The position numbers were made by a program, and so were the translations under genes. 64,000 nt of DNA from an uncultured Spirochaetota bacterium (GTDB lineage: Bacteria; Spirochaetota; Spirochaetia; SZUA-6; Fen-1364). The first letter of the stretch is position 1. Each line of letters begins with the position of its first letter. The notes beneath the pieces were generated by a model. That model had not been told where the DNA came from, did not search any database, and worked only from the letters and a program-made list of their open reading frames with translations. Below, piece after piece: positions 39,572 through 49,516 of this stretch. The stretch spans positions 64,001 through 128,000 of the forward strand of contig CAWAHW010000003.1 in assembly GCA_963781885.1 (NCBI GenBank). The letters run 5' to 3'.

Positions 39572-40447
39572 ATGGAAGCGCGGGAGCGTGTCCTCCTGGA
39601 CATCAACACCCAGGACATCGTCTCGGCCATCGGGTGCCGCAATCTGCGGGTCATGCGCCGCTGGCTCGAGCTCGCCGTGCGCCGCCCCGCCCTTGCCTTC
39701 GCCCGGCAGGTGCTGGCGTTCGACGACGCCGTTGCCGCCGCCGGCATGCGCGACGCCGCGGCCGACCTCCTTTCCGTCTATGCGAACAGCTTCATCGTGC
39801 GAGGAACGGAGCGGATTCCCCCCGCAGGGCCGCTTCTCATCGTGTCCAATCATCCCGGCATGATCGATACCGCGGCCCTCTTTGCGGCCATCCCGCGAAC
39901 GGACCTCCGCATCCTTGCCGCGGACCGCCCCTTTCTCCGCGCCCTCTCTGCCGTTTCGCGGTCCCTCATCTTCATACCCGACGACGCGAGGCGGCGCATG
40001 TCCGCGATGCGCGCCGCAATCGGTCACTTGCGGGCGGGCGGCGCACTCCTCACCTTTCCCGCCGGGGAGATCGAGCCGGATCCTGCCGTGCTGCCCGGCG
40101 CTGCTGCCGCCCTGGACCGCTGGTCTTCGAGCACGGCCACGTTCCTCCGGTTCGCCCCCCGCTCCATCGTCGTGCCCGTGATCGTGAGCGGTGTGCTGTC
40201 GCCCCGCGCGCAGCGGCATCCCCTCACGCGGCTTCGGCGGACGCGCAAGGACAGGGAGTGGCTGGGAGCGATGCTGCAGATCGTGGCGCGTACGGTCTGG
40301 AACCGGTCGTGGCCGGTCCATGCCCGCGTGGATTTCCTTGCGCCGTTCGCGGCAGGCGCGCTCGTCGGCCCGTCGGAAGAGACGACACGCATGGTGCGGG
40401 ACCGGGTGGCGGATTTTCTTCACGCGTCGTGGGAGAAAATGACCTGA
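39572..40447 (+). CDS. Lysophospholipid acyltransferase (PlsC-like)
   Basis: IVSNHPGMID (HxxxxD) and LLTFPAGEI. Confidence 0.85.
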   Translation: MEARERVLLDINTQDIVSAIGCRNLRVMRRWLELAVRRPALAFARQVLAFDDAVAAAGMRDAAADLLSVYANSFIVRGTERIPPAGPLLIVSNHPGMIDTAALFAAIPRTDLRILAADRPFLRALSAVSRSLIFIPDDARRRMSAMRAAIGHLRAGGALLTFPAGEIEPDPAVLPGAAAALDRWSSSTATFLRFAPRSIVVPVIVSGVLSPRAQRHPLTRLRRTRKDREWLGAMLQIVARTVWNRSWPVHARVDFLAPFAAGALVGPSEETTRMVRDRVADFLHASWEKMT

Positions 40448-41415
40448 ATCGTGTCCCCCGCGCCGGCGGCGATCATGCGATACGCCTCTGGCGCGTGAGA
40501 GAAGGGTATCCTGTGTGTTATCCATCGGGCGGGCGTGAGGCGGCGGATCGCATCCCACGCCGCGTCCATCCTGCGCGGCATGTCCCAGAGACCGGTCAAC
40601 TCGGGCGCAAGGGTGCTCACCTGGCTGGAGATGATGCGCACCCTGCTGCGGTGGAATGCCGTGTCGAAAGCGTCGATCGTCGGCTGCCGGGTCCCATACC
40701 AGGATCCGATCACCAGACGCCCCGAGAAGGCGCAGGAGGCAAGGGCCTGCTGAAATCCCTTTGCCGCGCCGCTCACATCGATGGCAAGGTCTTCCGTTCC
40801 CCGCGGCGGCGATGCGGCCTGCGGATCGCCCGTGACGAGACCCATGACCGCGGCAGCCTCGCGCCTTTTTCCCTGCGGGTCCCACCCGGTCAGTTGCGCG
40901 AGGGGAAACCGGGCGAGCAGGCCGGCCGTGAGCAGGCCGATGACGCCCAGGCCGAATATGCTCACCCGTTCGGCCAGGAGCGGCCGCGCGTCGAGTGTGA
41001 GATTGACGGCCGTCTCGGCGTTCGCCAGAAACGCTGCGTCATCGACGCCGATGCCGTCGGGAACGGCGATTGCCTGCTCGACCGGTATGCAGAACGTCGA
41101 GGCGTGCGGCGCAAAGGCGAAGACGAGACGACCGACGCGCCCGCGGTCCACGCCCGCGCCCGCTTCCTCGATCCTTCCGACGCTCGCGTAGCCGTAGCGC
41201 AAGGGGTAGCGCAGCGGCGCGCGGTAGCCTGCAAGCGTGGCATCGACCGGGGACCCTTCCTCCAGGTAGCCCCTGTAGAAGAGCATCTCCGTTCCCGACG
41301 AGACGGCGCTCACGAGCGAGCGTACAAGAACCTCGCCGGGGCCCGGCGGCTCCTGCGTCTCCTCCCGCACCGTCACGTTTTCGGGTCCCTCGAACCAGAG
41401 AGCCTGCCGCGTCAT
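40420..41415 (-). CDS. MDR/zinc-binding dehydrogenase-like oxidoreductase
   Basis: SAVSSGTE, YPLRYGYASVG, FLANAETAVN, GLGVIG, GSWYG, FHRSR.RIISSQV. Confidence 0.88.
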   Translation of the reverse strand: MTRQALWFEGPENVTVREETQEPPGPGEVLVRSLVSAVSSGTEMLFYRGYLEEGSPVDATLAGYRAPLRYPLRYGYASVGRIEEAGAGVDRGRVGRLVFAFAPHASTFCIPVEQAIAVPDGIGVDDAAFLANAETAVNLTLDARPLLAERVSIFGLGVIGLLTAGLLARFPLAQLTGWDPQGKRREAAAVMGLVTGDPQAASPPRGTEDLAIDVSGAAKGFQQALASCAFSGRLVIGSWYGTRQPTIDAFDTAFHRSRVRIISSQVSTLAPELTGLWDMPRRMDAAWDAIRRLTPARWITHRIPFSHAPEAYRMIAAGAGDTIQVIFSHDA

Positions 41416-41423
41416 GCCCGCGC

Positions 41424-43214
41424 CTAGAAGAGCATCGCTTCCATGAAGCGAGCCTGGAACTCCGGTTTGCCGCCCAGCTCCACGAAACGCGCGCGCCGCG
41501 CGGCCTCGGAGGCCTTCCTGCCGTACGCGCGCGAAAGGAGCGTCATCACGGCGCCTCGCAGCGCGGCATTGCCCACCACTTCCACGCGCGCGAGGTCCAT
41601 GGGGGGGATGAGGCCGATGCGCATTGCTGCCCGCGCGGAAAGGCCCGCGCCGAAATTGCCCGCCAGGCGCAGCGCGTCCAGCTCGTCGACGGAAAGACCG
41701 CTCACGTCGAGGAGCGTGTCGATTCCCGTGCGCACGGCGCCTTTTGCCAGCTGCAGCTTGCGGATGTCGCTCTGTGCGATGTACACGCTCCTGTCCTCCG
41801 AGAGGGAGAAGGCCGATTCGCCGTCCTGGAAGAAGAGCCGGGCCCGGAGTGCGGGCTGCGCGATCTCCTCCGCGTCGACGAACCGACCGGTCGCATCCAC
41901 GACGCCCCAGTCCAGGAGCTCTGCGAGCCCGGCGATGAGCCCCGTCCCGCAGATTCCCCGGGGAGCCGCATCGCCGACCGTGCGAACTGAGGTACTCCCG
42001 TCGTCAGCAATGGATACGTCGAGGATTGCCCCCTGGATGGCGCGCATGCCGCAGGAGATCTGGGCGCCCTCGAAGGCGGGTCCAGCAGCCGTGGAGGTCG
42101 TGAGCATGTCGCCATTCCGCGCGAGCACCATCTCCCCGTTCGTCCCGATGTCGATGGACAGGGTGGTCTTCTTTTCCTCCGGGAGGTCCAGGGCGACGAT
42201 CATCCCGACGGTATCCGCGCCGACGTATGCAGAGACGAGCGGCAGGGTCTCCACGTACCCGTTCTCCTGGAATGTCCAGCCATAGTCGCGCGGCGGGCAC
42301 CGCAGGGAGCGCGCCACGACGGGCACGTAGGGAACGTGCGTGAGCTGGTAGGGATCGATGCCGTTGAGGATGTGGATCATGATGGGATTGCCCACCACGA
42401 CGGTTTTCACCACCTGTCCGGGGGAAACACCGGTCTCCGCGAGCATCTGCCGCGCGCCTTCTTCTATCGTACGCAGCGCGGCGGCGCGCACCGGGGTCCT
42501 GTCGGCATGGAAGCTCTGGGCGCGGGAAATGACGTCGGCGCCGAAGGAGACCTGGCCGTTCTGAAATGCCTTGCGCGACAGGCGCGCCCCGGTCTCCAGG
42601 TCGAGCAGCGCGATGTCCACGGTGGTGGTTCCGAGGTCCACCGCGAAGCCGTGACAGTGCGCGTCCCGACCGGCGAGCCAAAGGAGCTCGTTTTCTTCGC
42701 AGACTGCCTCGACGCTCCACTCACGTGCCCGCAGCATCTGCGAAAGCTTCTCCAGCGACGCCGGGTCGGGTGGGGTGGCCGCGATGCCCTGCCGCGCAAG
42801 GCCCTCTTCCAGGCGCTCCCAGTCGGCCCGCTCGTCCTCGAGGCTGGGCTGCGCAAGCTGCACCTTCACGCGCCGCGTCGATCCGCTTCCGATCGTCGTC
42901 TCGATGTCGTCATCGCGGAGGCCCTGGGTCCACGACCGTGCCGACATCCGTTCTTCGGGAATCTCGACCGTGCAGTCCTCCATCACGGGGAGCTGGCAGG
43001 CAAGCCTCACCCCGCCGGCCGCCTCGCTCTCCTTGAGGCGTCCTTTTCCCGCCGCAGGGGCAGGCGTGACCTTCACCCTGCATTGCCGGCAGCCTCCCTT
43101 GCCGCCGCATGGATAATCGAGGTGGATGCCCGCCGCCTGCAGGGCATCACGGAGAAGGGCGCCCGACGGCGTTTCGATCGTCCTGCCGATGGGGAGGACG
43201 GTGATGTGGGGCAT
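41424..43214 (-). CDS. ASKHA-domain 2Fe-2S protein (reductive activator of corrinoid proteins, RACo/RamA-like)
   Basis: CGGKGGCRQC..RLACQ, AVDLGTTT, FGADVISR, IDIGTNGE, AAGPAFEG, GICGTG, QLAKGA, LAGNFG, VGNAAL. Confidence 0.92.
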   Translation of the reverse strand: MPHITVLPIGRTIETPSGALLRDALQAAGIHLDYPCGGKGGCRQCRVKVTPAPAAGKGRLKESEAAGGVRLACQLPVMEDCTVEIPEERMSARSWTQGLRDDDIETTIGSGSTRRVKVQLAQPSLEDERADWERLEEGLARQGIAATPPDPASLEKLSQMLRAREWSVEAVCEENELLWLAGRDAHCHGFAVDLGTTTVDIALLDLETGARLSRKAFQNGQVSFGADVISRAQSFHADRTPVRAAALRTIEEGARQMLAETGVSPGQVVKTVVVGNPIMIHILNGIDPYQLTHVPYVPVVARSLRCPPRDYGWTFQENGYVETLPLVSAYVGADTVGMIVALDLPEEKKTTLSIDIGTNGEMVLARNGDMLTTSTAAGPAFEGAQISCGMRAIQGAILDVSIADDGSTSVRTVGDAAPRGICGTGLIAGLAELLDWGVVDATGRFVDAEEIAQPALRARLFFQDGESAFSLSEDRSVYIAQSDIRKLQLAKGAVRTGIDTLLDVSGLSVDELDALRLAGNFGAGLSARAAMRIGLIPPMDLARVEVVGNAALRGAVMTLLSRAYGRKASEAARRARFVELGGKPEFQARFMEAMLF

Positions 43215-43353
43215 GGCGGCATAGTAATGGCGGGCGCCGCGCCGGGCAAGGGGGCCGCCCCGGCCTTGCTCCGGGCACACCGTGTTGTGCCCCCGCGGCG
43301 ACGCCACACGACGCAAACTTGACGGTCCGCGTCGGGCGGGCTACCTTTGCTGT

Positions 43354-44091
43354 ATGCCACGGACATTGAAGGCTCCCCTTCGCGCAGCCGGCGTCGTCTG
43401 CCTCTGCCTCCTCGCCACCCTTTCCTGCTCGGTGAACCAGACCATCGCCATCAAGGGCGACGGCTCGGGCACGCTCGTCATGCACGCGGAGGTCTCCAAG
43501 CTCCTCCACGACTACATCGCAAGCCTCGCCGAGGTCTCGGGGACCGGCGCGGTCATGAAGGGCGGCAAGCTCTTCGACGTGGAAGCCATCCGAAAGGATT
43601 TCGAGTCCCGTCCGGGCATCACGGTGAACAAGGTCGCAAGCCCCACCGCGGACTCGCTCGACCTGCAGATCGCCTTCACCTCCCTGCAGAGCGTCTTTGC
43701 CCAAAACGACGCGCTGAAAAGCGCGGGCGCCGTCGTGTACACGGAATCAGAGGGAAAGAAGACGGTGAAGCTCCACCTCGACCGGTCGAATTACACGCAG
43801 CTTTCGTCCCTTTTTCCCCTCCTGAAGGATCCGGCGTTCGCGGGTCTTGGACCGCAGGTGAACGATACGATCAGCGATGCCGACTATACGGAGATGATCA
43901 GGTTCACAATGGGCGATGACGGCCCCGCGCTCCTAAAGAAATCCTTCATCACCATGACCATCAATCCCGATGGCGATATCGTTTCACAGACAGGGGGCAC
44001 GGTGAGCGGCGGCGCGGTGACGTTCCGCATCCCTCTCCTGCGCCTTCTCGTGCTCGACAAGCCCCTGGACTATTCGGTGACGTTCAAGTAA
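43354..44091 (+). CDS. Lipoprotein of unknown function
   Basis: Signal peptide with LATLSC lipobox followed by SVNQTIAIKGDGSG. Confidence 0.75.
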   Translation: MPRTLKAPLRAAGVVCLCLLATLSCSVNQTIAIKGDGSGTLVMHAEVSKLLHDYIASLAEVSGTGAVMKGGKLFDVEAIRKDFESRPGITVNKVASPTADSLDLQIAFTSLQSVFAQNDALKSAGAVVYTESEGKKTVKLHLDRSNYTQLSSLFPLLKDPAFAGLGPQVNDTISDADYTEMIRFTMGDDGPALLKKSFITMTINPDGDIVSQTGGTVSGGAVTFRIPLLRLLVLDKPLDYSVTFK

Positions 44092-44914
44092 CGGGTTCCT
44101 TGCGCGGGGCCTGGCGCGCTGCGGGAGACGCGTGCGCCTTTTCGATTTCCAACGCCCTTTTGTACGACATGCGAAACCATCCCTTATCGATCCAGTACTG
44201 ATGTTCAAAATCCCCGTACGCGGACCCTTGCGTGTCCCTCGCGTGGGCGCGGCGCGTGTGGAACTTCATAAACACAAAAAAAACGTAGTTGATGAAACGT
44301 GGCCTGACGGGAGCGGCTCCGCTCAGCATTCGGGCAACCCTTCGGGCGAGCTTTCGATGCCTGTCCCTGTACAGCTCCCGATTCGGGAAACACCCCGGCT
44401 GTTGCGCGAACGCACGGAGATGACCGACCATGATGCAACCCATCATGGTCATCACCTGGGAAAGATATCTCTGCGTCGGACGGATTCCGTCCGATCCGGC
44501 CGTGACCGCGGTAAGGGCTGGTTTTCCCAAAAGGCCGACGAGGTGTATCCACATGAACGTCCGATCGAACAGGGCTTTCGTCTGTGCGGAGACATGTTGT
44601 TCGTACACGGGTGAGCCGACAATCAGGAGATCGCTTTCCCGCATCTTCTGCATGAGCTCCGGCAAGGCGTCTGTTTTTCGAATACACGCCCCTTTTTTCA
44701 TGCACGCCCAGCAGCCATGACAGGGCTCAACCCGGTGGTCGCCGAGAGAGAGGATTTCATATTCGACGGCGCCATTGCAGCTTTTCACCATTTCGAGGAA
44801 ATCCCGTGTCATCGCGATCGTGTTCGATCGTGCATCATTGGGACTCCCGACAATCGCAAGGATCCTTTTTGTGGCACCCGGGGCTTTTCCCGCGTCGAAA
44901 CCGGTCTGCATCAT
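44084..44914 (-). CDS. Iron-sulfur flavoprotein/flavodoxin family protein
   Basis: AIVGSP, CHGCWACMKKGAC, GSPVY, KALFDR. Confidence 0.88.
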   Translation of the reverse strand: MMQTGFDAGKAPGATKRILAIVGSPNDARSNTIAMTRDFLEMVKSCNGAVEYEILSLGDHRVEPCHGCWACMKKGACIRKTDALPELMQKMRESDLLIVGSPVYEQHVSAQTKALFDRTFMWIHLVGLLGKPALTAVTAGSDGIRPTQRYLSQVMTMMGCIMVGHLRAFAQQPGCFPNRELYRDRHRKLARRVARMLSGAAPVRPRFINYVFFVFMKFHTRRAHARDTQGSAYGDFEHQYWIDKGWFRMSYKRALEIEKAHASPAARQAPRKEPVT

Positions 44915-44935
44915 CACGACAGCCTCCTGCAAATA

Positions 44936-44953
44936 TATGAACTAAAGTTCATA
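44936..44953. promoter_or_regulatory. Probable TetR operator
   Basis: Perfect palindrome TATGAACT-AA-AGTTCATA overlapping the -10 of TTGACA-N17-TATTAT (minus strand); imperfect second copy near 44986-45003. Confidence 0.7.
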
Positions 44954-45042
44954 ATACAAAGAGGTACCGACCCTGTCAAGCGGAATGTGCACTTTGGTTC
45001 ATATCTTGACACATCGCGGTCAAAGGGGCATGAGATTCTTCC

Positions 45043-45679
45043 ATGTCTTCAACGGCAAGGAAACCGGCCAGAAAAACCAGAATTCCTCGACAGAAGCGTG
45101 GCATCGACACGCGCGCACGCCTTCTGAAAGCCGCCAAGGCGCTTTTTGCGAAGGAGGGTTTCCATGCAACCAATACGAAGCGCATTGCGGCGAGAGCAGG
45201 CGTGGCGGTCGGAAGCCTCTATGCGTATTTTGCCGATAAAAAGGGCATCTTTCTTGCCGTGCTGGAAGAACACAATCGCGTGATCATTGGGAGAATGGGA
45301 GTCGCCGTTCCGGATCCTGGCCGTTTTGGCCGACAAAAAAGGCGGTCTCGAAAGGCTCATCCGGGAGCTCGTTCGTGCCCACCAGCTGAACCCCGGTTTG
45401 CTTCGACAGGCCTCGCTCCTGCGGGAGACTGATCCGGACGTACGGCGCCTGATGGATGGACAGGAGAAGGAGCAGCGCAACATTGCAGGGCAGTACCTGG
45501 CGGCGTGGCAGGATCAAATCGTGGCGAAAGACCTTCCCGCGGCGGCGTTTGTGGTCTTTGGCGCCGTCGAGTCCGTTGCGCACAGCCTGGCGCTGGCCGA
45601 AACTGACCTCGACCAGAAACGCCTCACCGCCGAGCTCAGTACGATGATTCTGCGTTATCTCTTCATTCAGGAAGAATAG
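45043..45679 (+). CDS. TetR/AcrR regulator; frameshift near 45297
   Basis: PRQKRG..TRARLL.AAKALFAKEGFHATNTKRIAARAGVAVGSLYAYFADK; C-terminal domain in the next frame. Confidence 0.88.
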
Positions 45680-45759
45680 TCGCAGCCTCCTCTCGGGCCA
45701 GGGCAGGACCGGTCCTCTGCGGTGTTGAATGGGACGTGAGGCAATCCGGAGGGATCATC

Positions 45760-47265
45760 ATGCAGGAAAAGGTCGTCATCATCGGCGCGGGCGCGTCTGG
45801 CCTGTGCCTGGGAAGCTACCTGGCCATGAACGGGTTCGCGGTGGAAATCTTCGAGATGCACAACGCTCCCGGGGGCGTCTGCACCTCGTGGAAGAAACGC
45901 GGCTACACGTTCGACGGATGCATCCACTGGCTCATGGGCTCGGGCCCGTCGTCGCGCCTGCATGAGCTGTGGCGGGAGCTGCACGCCGTGCAGGGAAGGC
46001 AGTTCGTCGAATGGGATGAGTACATAAGCGTGCGGACGAAGAGCGGAGAAACATTCACGGTGTACACGGACCCTTCGCGGCTCGAAGCGGAGATGCTACG
46101 CATCGCGCCGGAAGACGCCGCGCCCATCCGCGCGCTCTGCCACGCGATCGAACGCGTCTCGAAGGCAGACATCCCCCTCGCCATGGAGAAGATGAGCCTG
46201 CCCCGCAGAATCCGCGCGCTCTTCGCGGCGGCGCCGATGGGTCTGGCCATGATGCGCTGGGGATCAATGTCCGTTCCCGCGTTCTGTGCGCGGCTTTCCA
46301 ACAAGGTCCTGGCGGAGGCGTTGTCCAGCCTGTACGGCGGAGACGACCAGATGCCCGACTTCCCCCTGACCGGGCTCATCATGATGCTCGCCTTCATGCG
46401 GAAGAAATCCAACGGTTACCCCCTCGGGGGTTCCCTGGCGTTTGCGCGTGCCATCGAGAAGCGATTCTGCGAGCTGGGCGGGGTCATTCACTACGGGGTG
46501 CGCATCGATCGGATCATGGTGCAGGAGGGGCGGGCGGTCGGCGTCGCCGATGGTATGGACGAGCACCCCGCCGACCTCGTGGTCTCCTGCGCTGACGGGC
46601 ATGCGACGATCTTCGACATGCTCGGCGGGCGATACGTGAGCGCCAGGGTTCGCGAGGCCTACGATTCGTTTCAGACTTTTCCCGGCCTTCTCTGCGTCGG
46701 GTTGGGGATCGCCCGCGACATGCGCGGCATGCCGTCGACCCTCCTCTTTCCGCTGAAGAAACCGATCCGCCTCGAGCAGGGCGCGCTCACGCTGAGCAGC
46801 CTCGGGGTGCGTTTCTTCACGTTCGACCCGACCATGGCGCTACCGGGCAAGACCGCGGCCGTCACCATGATCTCGACGCGGAACCATGAGTACTGGACGA
46901 GGCTGCGGGAGACCGATCCCGCGGCCTACGGAAGAGAGAAGACACGCATCGGGGAGCTCGTCGTCGCGGCGCTCGAAGAGGAGCTCGGCGGCATCAAGGA
47001 TTTCGTCGAGGTGATCGACGTGTCGACCCCCGCCACTTGGATCCGGTACACGGGCAACTGGAGGGGAAGCTACGAAGGGTTCGTCCCCACCAGGAAGACA
47101 ATGATGAAGAGCCTCGGATTCACGCTCCCCGGGCTCCGCCGCTTCTATATGAACGGCCAGTGGGTGACAATCGGGGGAGGCCTGCCGCCCGCGGCCATGA
47201 ACGGCCGCGCACTGGCGAAAGTCATCTGTCGCGAGTTCGGGAGGAAGTTCGCGGCGACCGTTTGA
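45760..47265 (+). CDS. Phytoene-desaturase-like FAD oxidoreductase
   Basis: IIGAGASGL, PGGVCTSWKKRGYTFDGCIHWL, STPATW.RYTGN..GS.EG, GQW...GGGLP. Confidence 0.88.
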   Translation: MQEKVVIIGAGASGLCLGSYLAMNGFAVEIFEMHNAPGGVCTSWKKRGYTFDGCIHWLMGSGPSSRLHELWRELHAVQGRQFVEWDEYISVRTKSGETFTVYTDPSRLEAEMLRIAPEDAAPIRALCHAIERVSKADIPLAMEKMSLPRRIRALFAAAPMGLAMMRWGSMSVPAFCARLSNKVLAEALSSLYGGDDQMPDFPLTGLIMMLAFMRKKSNGYPLGGSLAFARAIEKRFCELGGVIHYGVRIDRIMVQEGRAVGVADGMDEHPADLVVSCADGHATIFDMLGGRYVSARVREAYDSFQTFPGLLCVGLGIARDMRGMPSTLLFPLKKPIRLEQGALTLSSLGVRFFTFDPTMALPGKTAAVTMISTRNHEYWTRLRETDPAAYGREKTRIGELVVAALEEELGGIKDFVEVIDVSTPATWIRYTGNWRGSYEGFVPTRKTMMKSLGFTLPGLRRFYMNGQWVTIGGGLPPAAMNGRALAKVICREFGRKFAATV

Positions 47266-47347
47266 GGGGGCTCTGCCCGCGGGCGCGTCGACCTTCGCGC
47301 GACGCGCCGTATCGCGCGCGCCTGCATTCGACGGCCCGCCGCGGCAT

Positions 47348-49516
47348 TTACGGCGCGAGCGTCAGGTGCGCTCCCGTCACCTCGAAATCGGCGCTGAGCG
47401 GGCGCGCGCCCAGCAGAGAGATGCTGCGCGAATCTGGCTGGCTGCCGCCGACGTGGACGGTGAAGCTGCCCGGCTCGATCACCCGGGCACCCGCGTCATT
47501 GACGAGCGACATCTGCCGCGCGTCTATCGTGAAGGAGACCTCGGCGCCCGCGCCCGCGTCCAGGTGCACGCGCCGGAACCCGACGAGACTCCACCGCGGC
47601 ACACGCGTGGATGCTTTCACATCGGTGAGATATGCCTGCACGATTTCATCCGCGCGCATCCGCCCTGTATTCGTGACGCGCACCTTCACCGCGAGGTCTT
47701 CGCCTGCCTTCACGGTCTTTTGGGAAAGCTCCAGGCCTTCATAGCGGAATGTCGCATACCCGAGACCGAAACCGAAGGGGTACAGCGGCTCCTCCTCGAT
47801 GAACTTGTACGTGCGGCCCTGCATGGAGTAGTCGGTGAAAGGCGGGAGCTGATCGGACGACGTGACAAAGGTCACGGGCAGCTTGCCCGAAGGGCTGTAC
47901 GCGCCGAAGAGGGCCTCGGCGACTGCGGTTCCTCCGGCCTGGCCGGGGTACCATGCCATGAGTATTGCCGCGACGTGCTCCGCTGCCCATGTGACCGCAA
48001 GCGGGCTTCCACCCGTGAGCACGAGCACGACCGGCGTGCCTGACGAAGCGACTGCCTCCAGGAGCTGCTGCTGGAGACCCGGCAGCCCGAGCTCCCGTCG
48101 ATCCCCCATCCATTCGGACGGATGGGCGGCGTCCTCCTCGCCTTCCAGGACGGGATTCAGCCCGAGACAGACGATGGCGACGTCGGCGCCTGCCGCGGCG
48201 GACACGGCTTCCGCAAAGCCATCGTCGGGCTTGTCGCCCCAGGGGCTGTCCATGCCCGGCGTGAAGTTGCATCCCCGCGCGTATTTCACCGCGGTGCCCG
48301 CGCCGGCGGTTGCGCGGATGCCTTCCAGCAGCGTGACCGGCCTTGACAGCATGCCGCTGTAGTTGCCCAGCAGCACGTCGCGGTTGTCCGCGGCAGGCCC
48401 GATCACCGCGATGCGTCGCGGCGAGGAGAGGGGGAGGAGGAGGCCCTCATTTTTCAGGAGCACGATGGATTCGCGCGCCATGGCGAGGGCAAGCGCGCCG
48501 TGCGCGGGGCTGTCATTCACCTCATAAGGGATCGAGGCGTAGGGCACATTCTCCGGCGGGTCGAACATGCCCAGCATGAACCGCGCGTGGAGGAGGCGGC
48601 CGAGGGAGCGATCGATCTCCGCCTCGGTGATGAGCCCCTGGCTCACCGCCTCGACGAGGCTGGGATACACCATGCCGCATTCAAGGTCGCATCCGGCTTT
48701 CACCGCGCGCGCCGCCGATTGCTCCGGGGTGCGCGTCACCGTGTGATGGAGGTGGATGTCGGCGATGGCGCCGCAGTCCGAGACGACATAACCCTTGAAA
48801 CCCCACTCCGTGCGCAGGATTTTTTCCAGGAGCGTCGGGCTCGCGCAGCAGGGCTCGCCATTCGTCCTGTTGTACGCGCCCATGATGGACAGCGCCTTTC
48901 CCTCCACGATGCAGTCGCGGAAAGCCGGCAGGTATGTCTCCCGGAGGTCCTTTTCGCTCACCTGCGCATCGAACTTGTGCCGGAGGGCTTCCGGACCGCT
49001 GTGCGCCGCGAAATGCTTCGGTGTCGCCACGACCTTCAGGAAGCGCGTGTCATCGCCCTGGAGACCCGTGACGAAAGCCACGCCCAGCCGTCCGGCAAGA
49101 TAGGGATCCTCGCCATAGGTTTCCTGGCCGCGCCCCCAGCGCGGATCCCGGAAGATGTTGACATTCGGCGTCCAGTAGGTGAGCCCCTTGTAGATGCGCC
49201 GATCGCCGCGGCGCGCGGACTCGTGATGCTTCGCGCGCGCCTCATCGGCGATGGCGCCCGCCGCCGTATGCAGAAGCTCGGTGTCGAATGAAGCGGCCAT
49301 GCCAATGGCCTGGGGAAAGACGGTGGCGACGCCCGCGCGCGCCACGCCGTGAAGACATTCATTCCACCAGTTGTAGGCCGGGATGCCCAGCCGGGGAATC
49401 GCGGCAGAGGCATTGACCATCTGGGAAACCTTTTCCTCCAGGCTCATGCGGCCCAGGAGGTCCTCGACGCGCGCATCGACAGGAAGCGCGGGATTCATGT
49501 AGGGAGAGACGGGCAT
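47348..49516 (-). CDS. GH3 beta-xylosidase/beta-glucosidase
   Basis: WWNECLHG, WTPNVNIFRDPRWGRGQETYGEDP, KHF, YVVSDC, SIVLLKN, PLYPFGFGL, Fn3-like C-terminus. Confidence 0.95.
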   Translation of the reverse strand: MPVSPYMNPALPVDARVEDLLGRMSLEEKVSQMVNASAAIPRLGIPAYNWWNECLHGVARAGVATVFPQAIGMAASFDTELLHTAAGAIADEARAKHHESARRGDRRIYKGLTYWTPNVNIFRDPRWGRGQETYGEDPYLAGRLGVAFVTGLQGDDTRFLKVVATPKHFAAHSGPEALRHKFDAQVSEKDLRETYLPAFRDCIVEGKALSIMGAYNRTNGEPCCASPTLLEKILRTEWGFKGYVVSDCGAIADIHLHHTVTRTPEQSAARAVKAGCDLECGMVYPSLVEAVSQGLITEAEIDRSLGRLLHARFMLGMFDPPENVPYASIPYEVNDSPAHGALALAMARESIVLLKNEGLLLPLSSPRRIAVIGPAADNRDVLLGNYSGMLSRPVTLLEGIRATAGAGTAVKYARGCNFTPGMDSPWGDKPDDGFAEAVSAAAGADVAIVCLGLNPVLEGEEDAAHPSEWMGDRRELGLPGLQQQLLEAVASSGTPVVLVLTGGSPLAVTWAAEHVAAILMAWYPGQAGGTAVAEALFGAYSPSGKLPVTFVTSSDQLPPFTDYSMQGRTYKFIEEEPLYPFGFGLGYATFRYEGLELSQKTVKAGEDLAVKVRVTNTGRMRADEIVQAYLTDVKASTRVPRWSLVGFRRVHLDAGAGAEVSFTIDARQMSLVNDAGARVIEPGSFTVHVGGSQPDSRSISLLGARPLSADFEVTGAHLTLAP

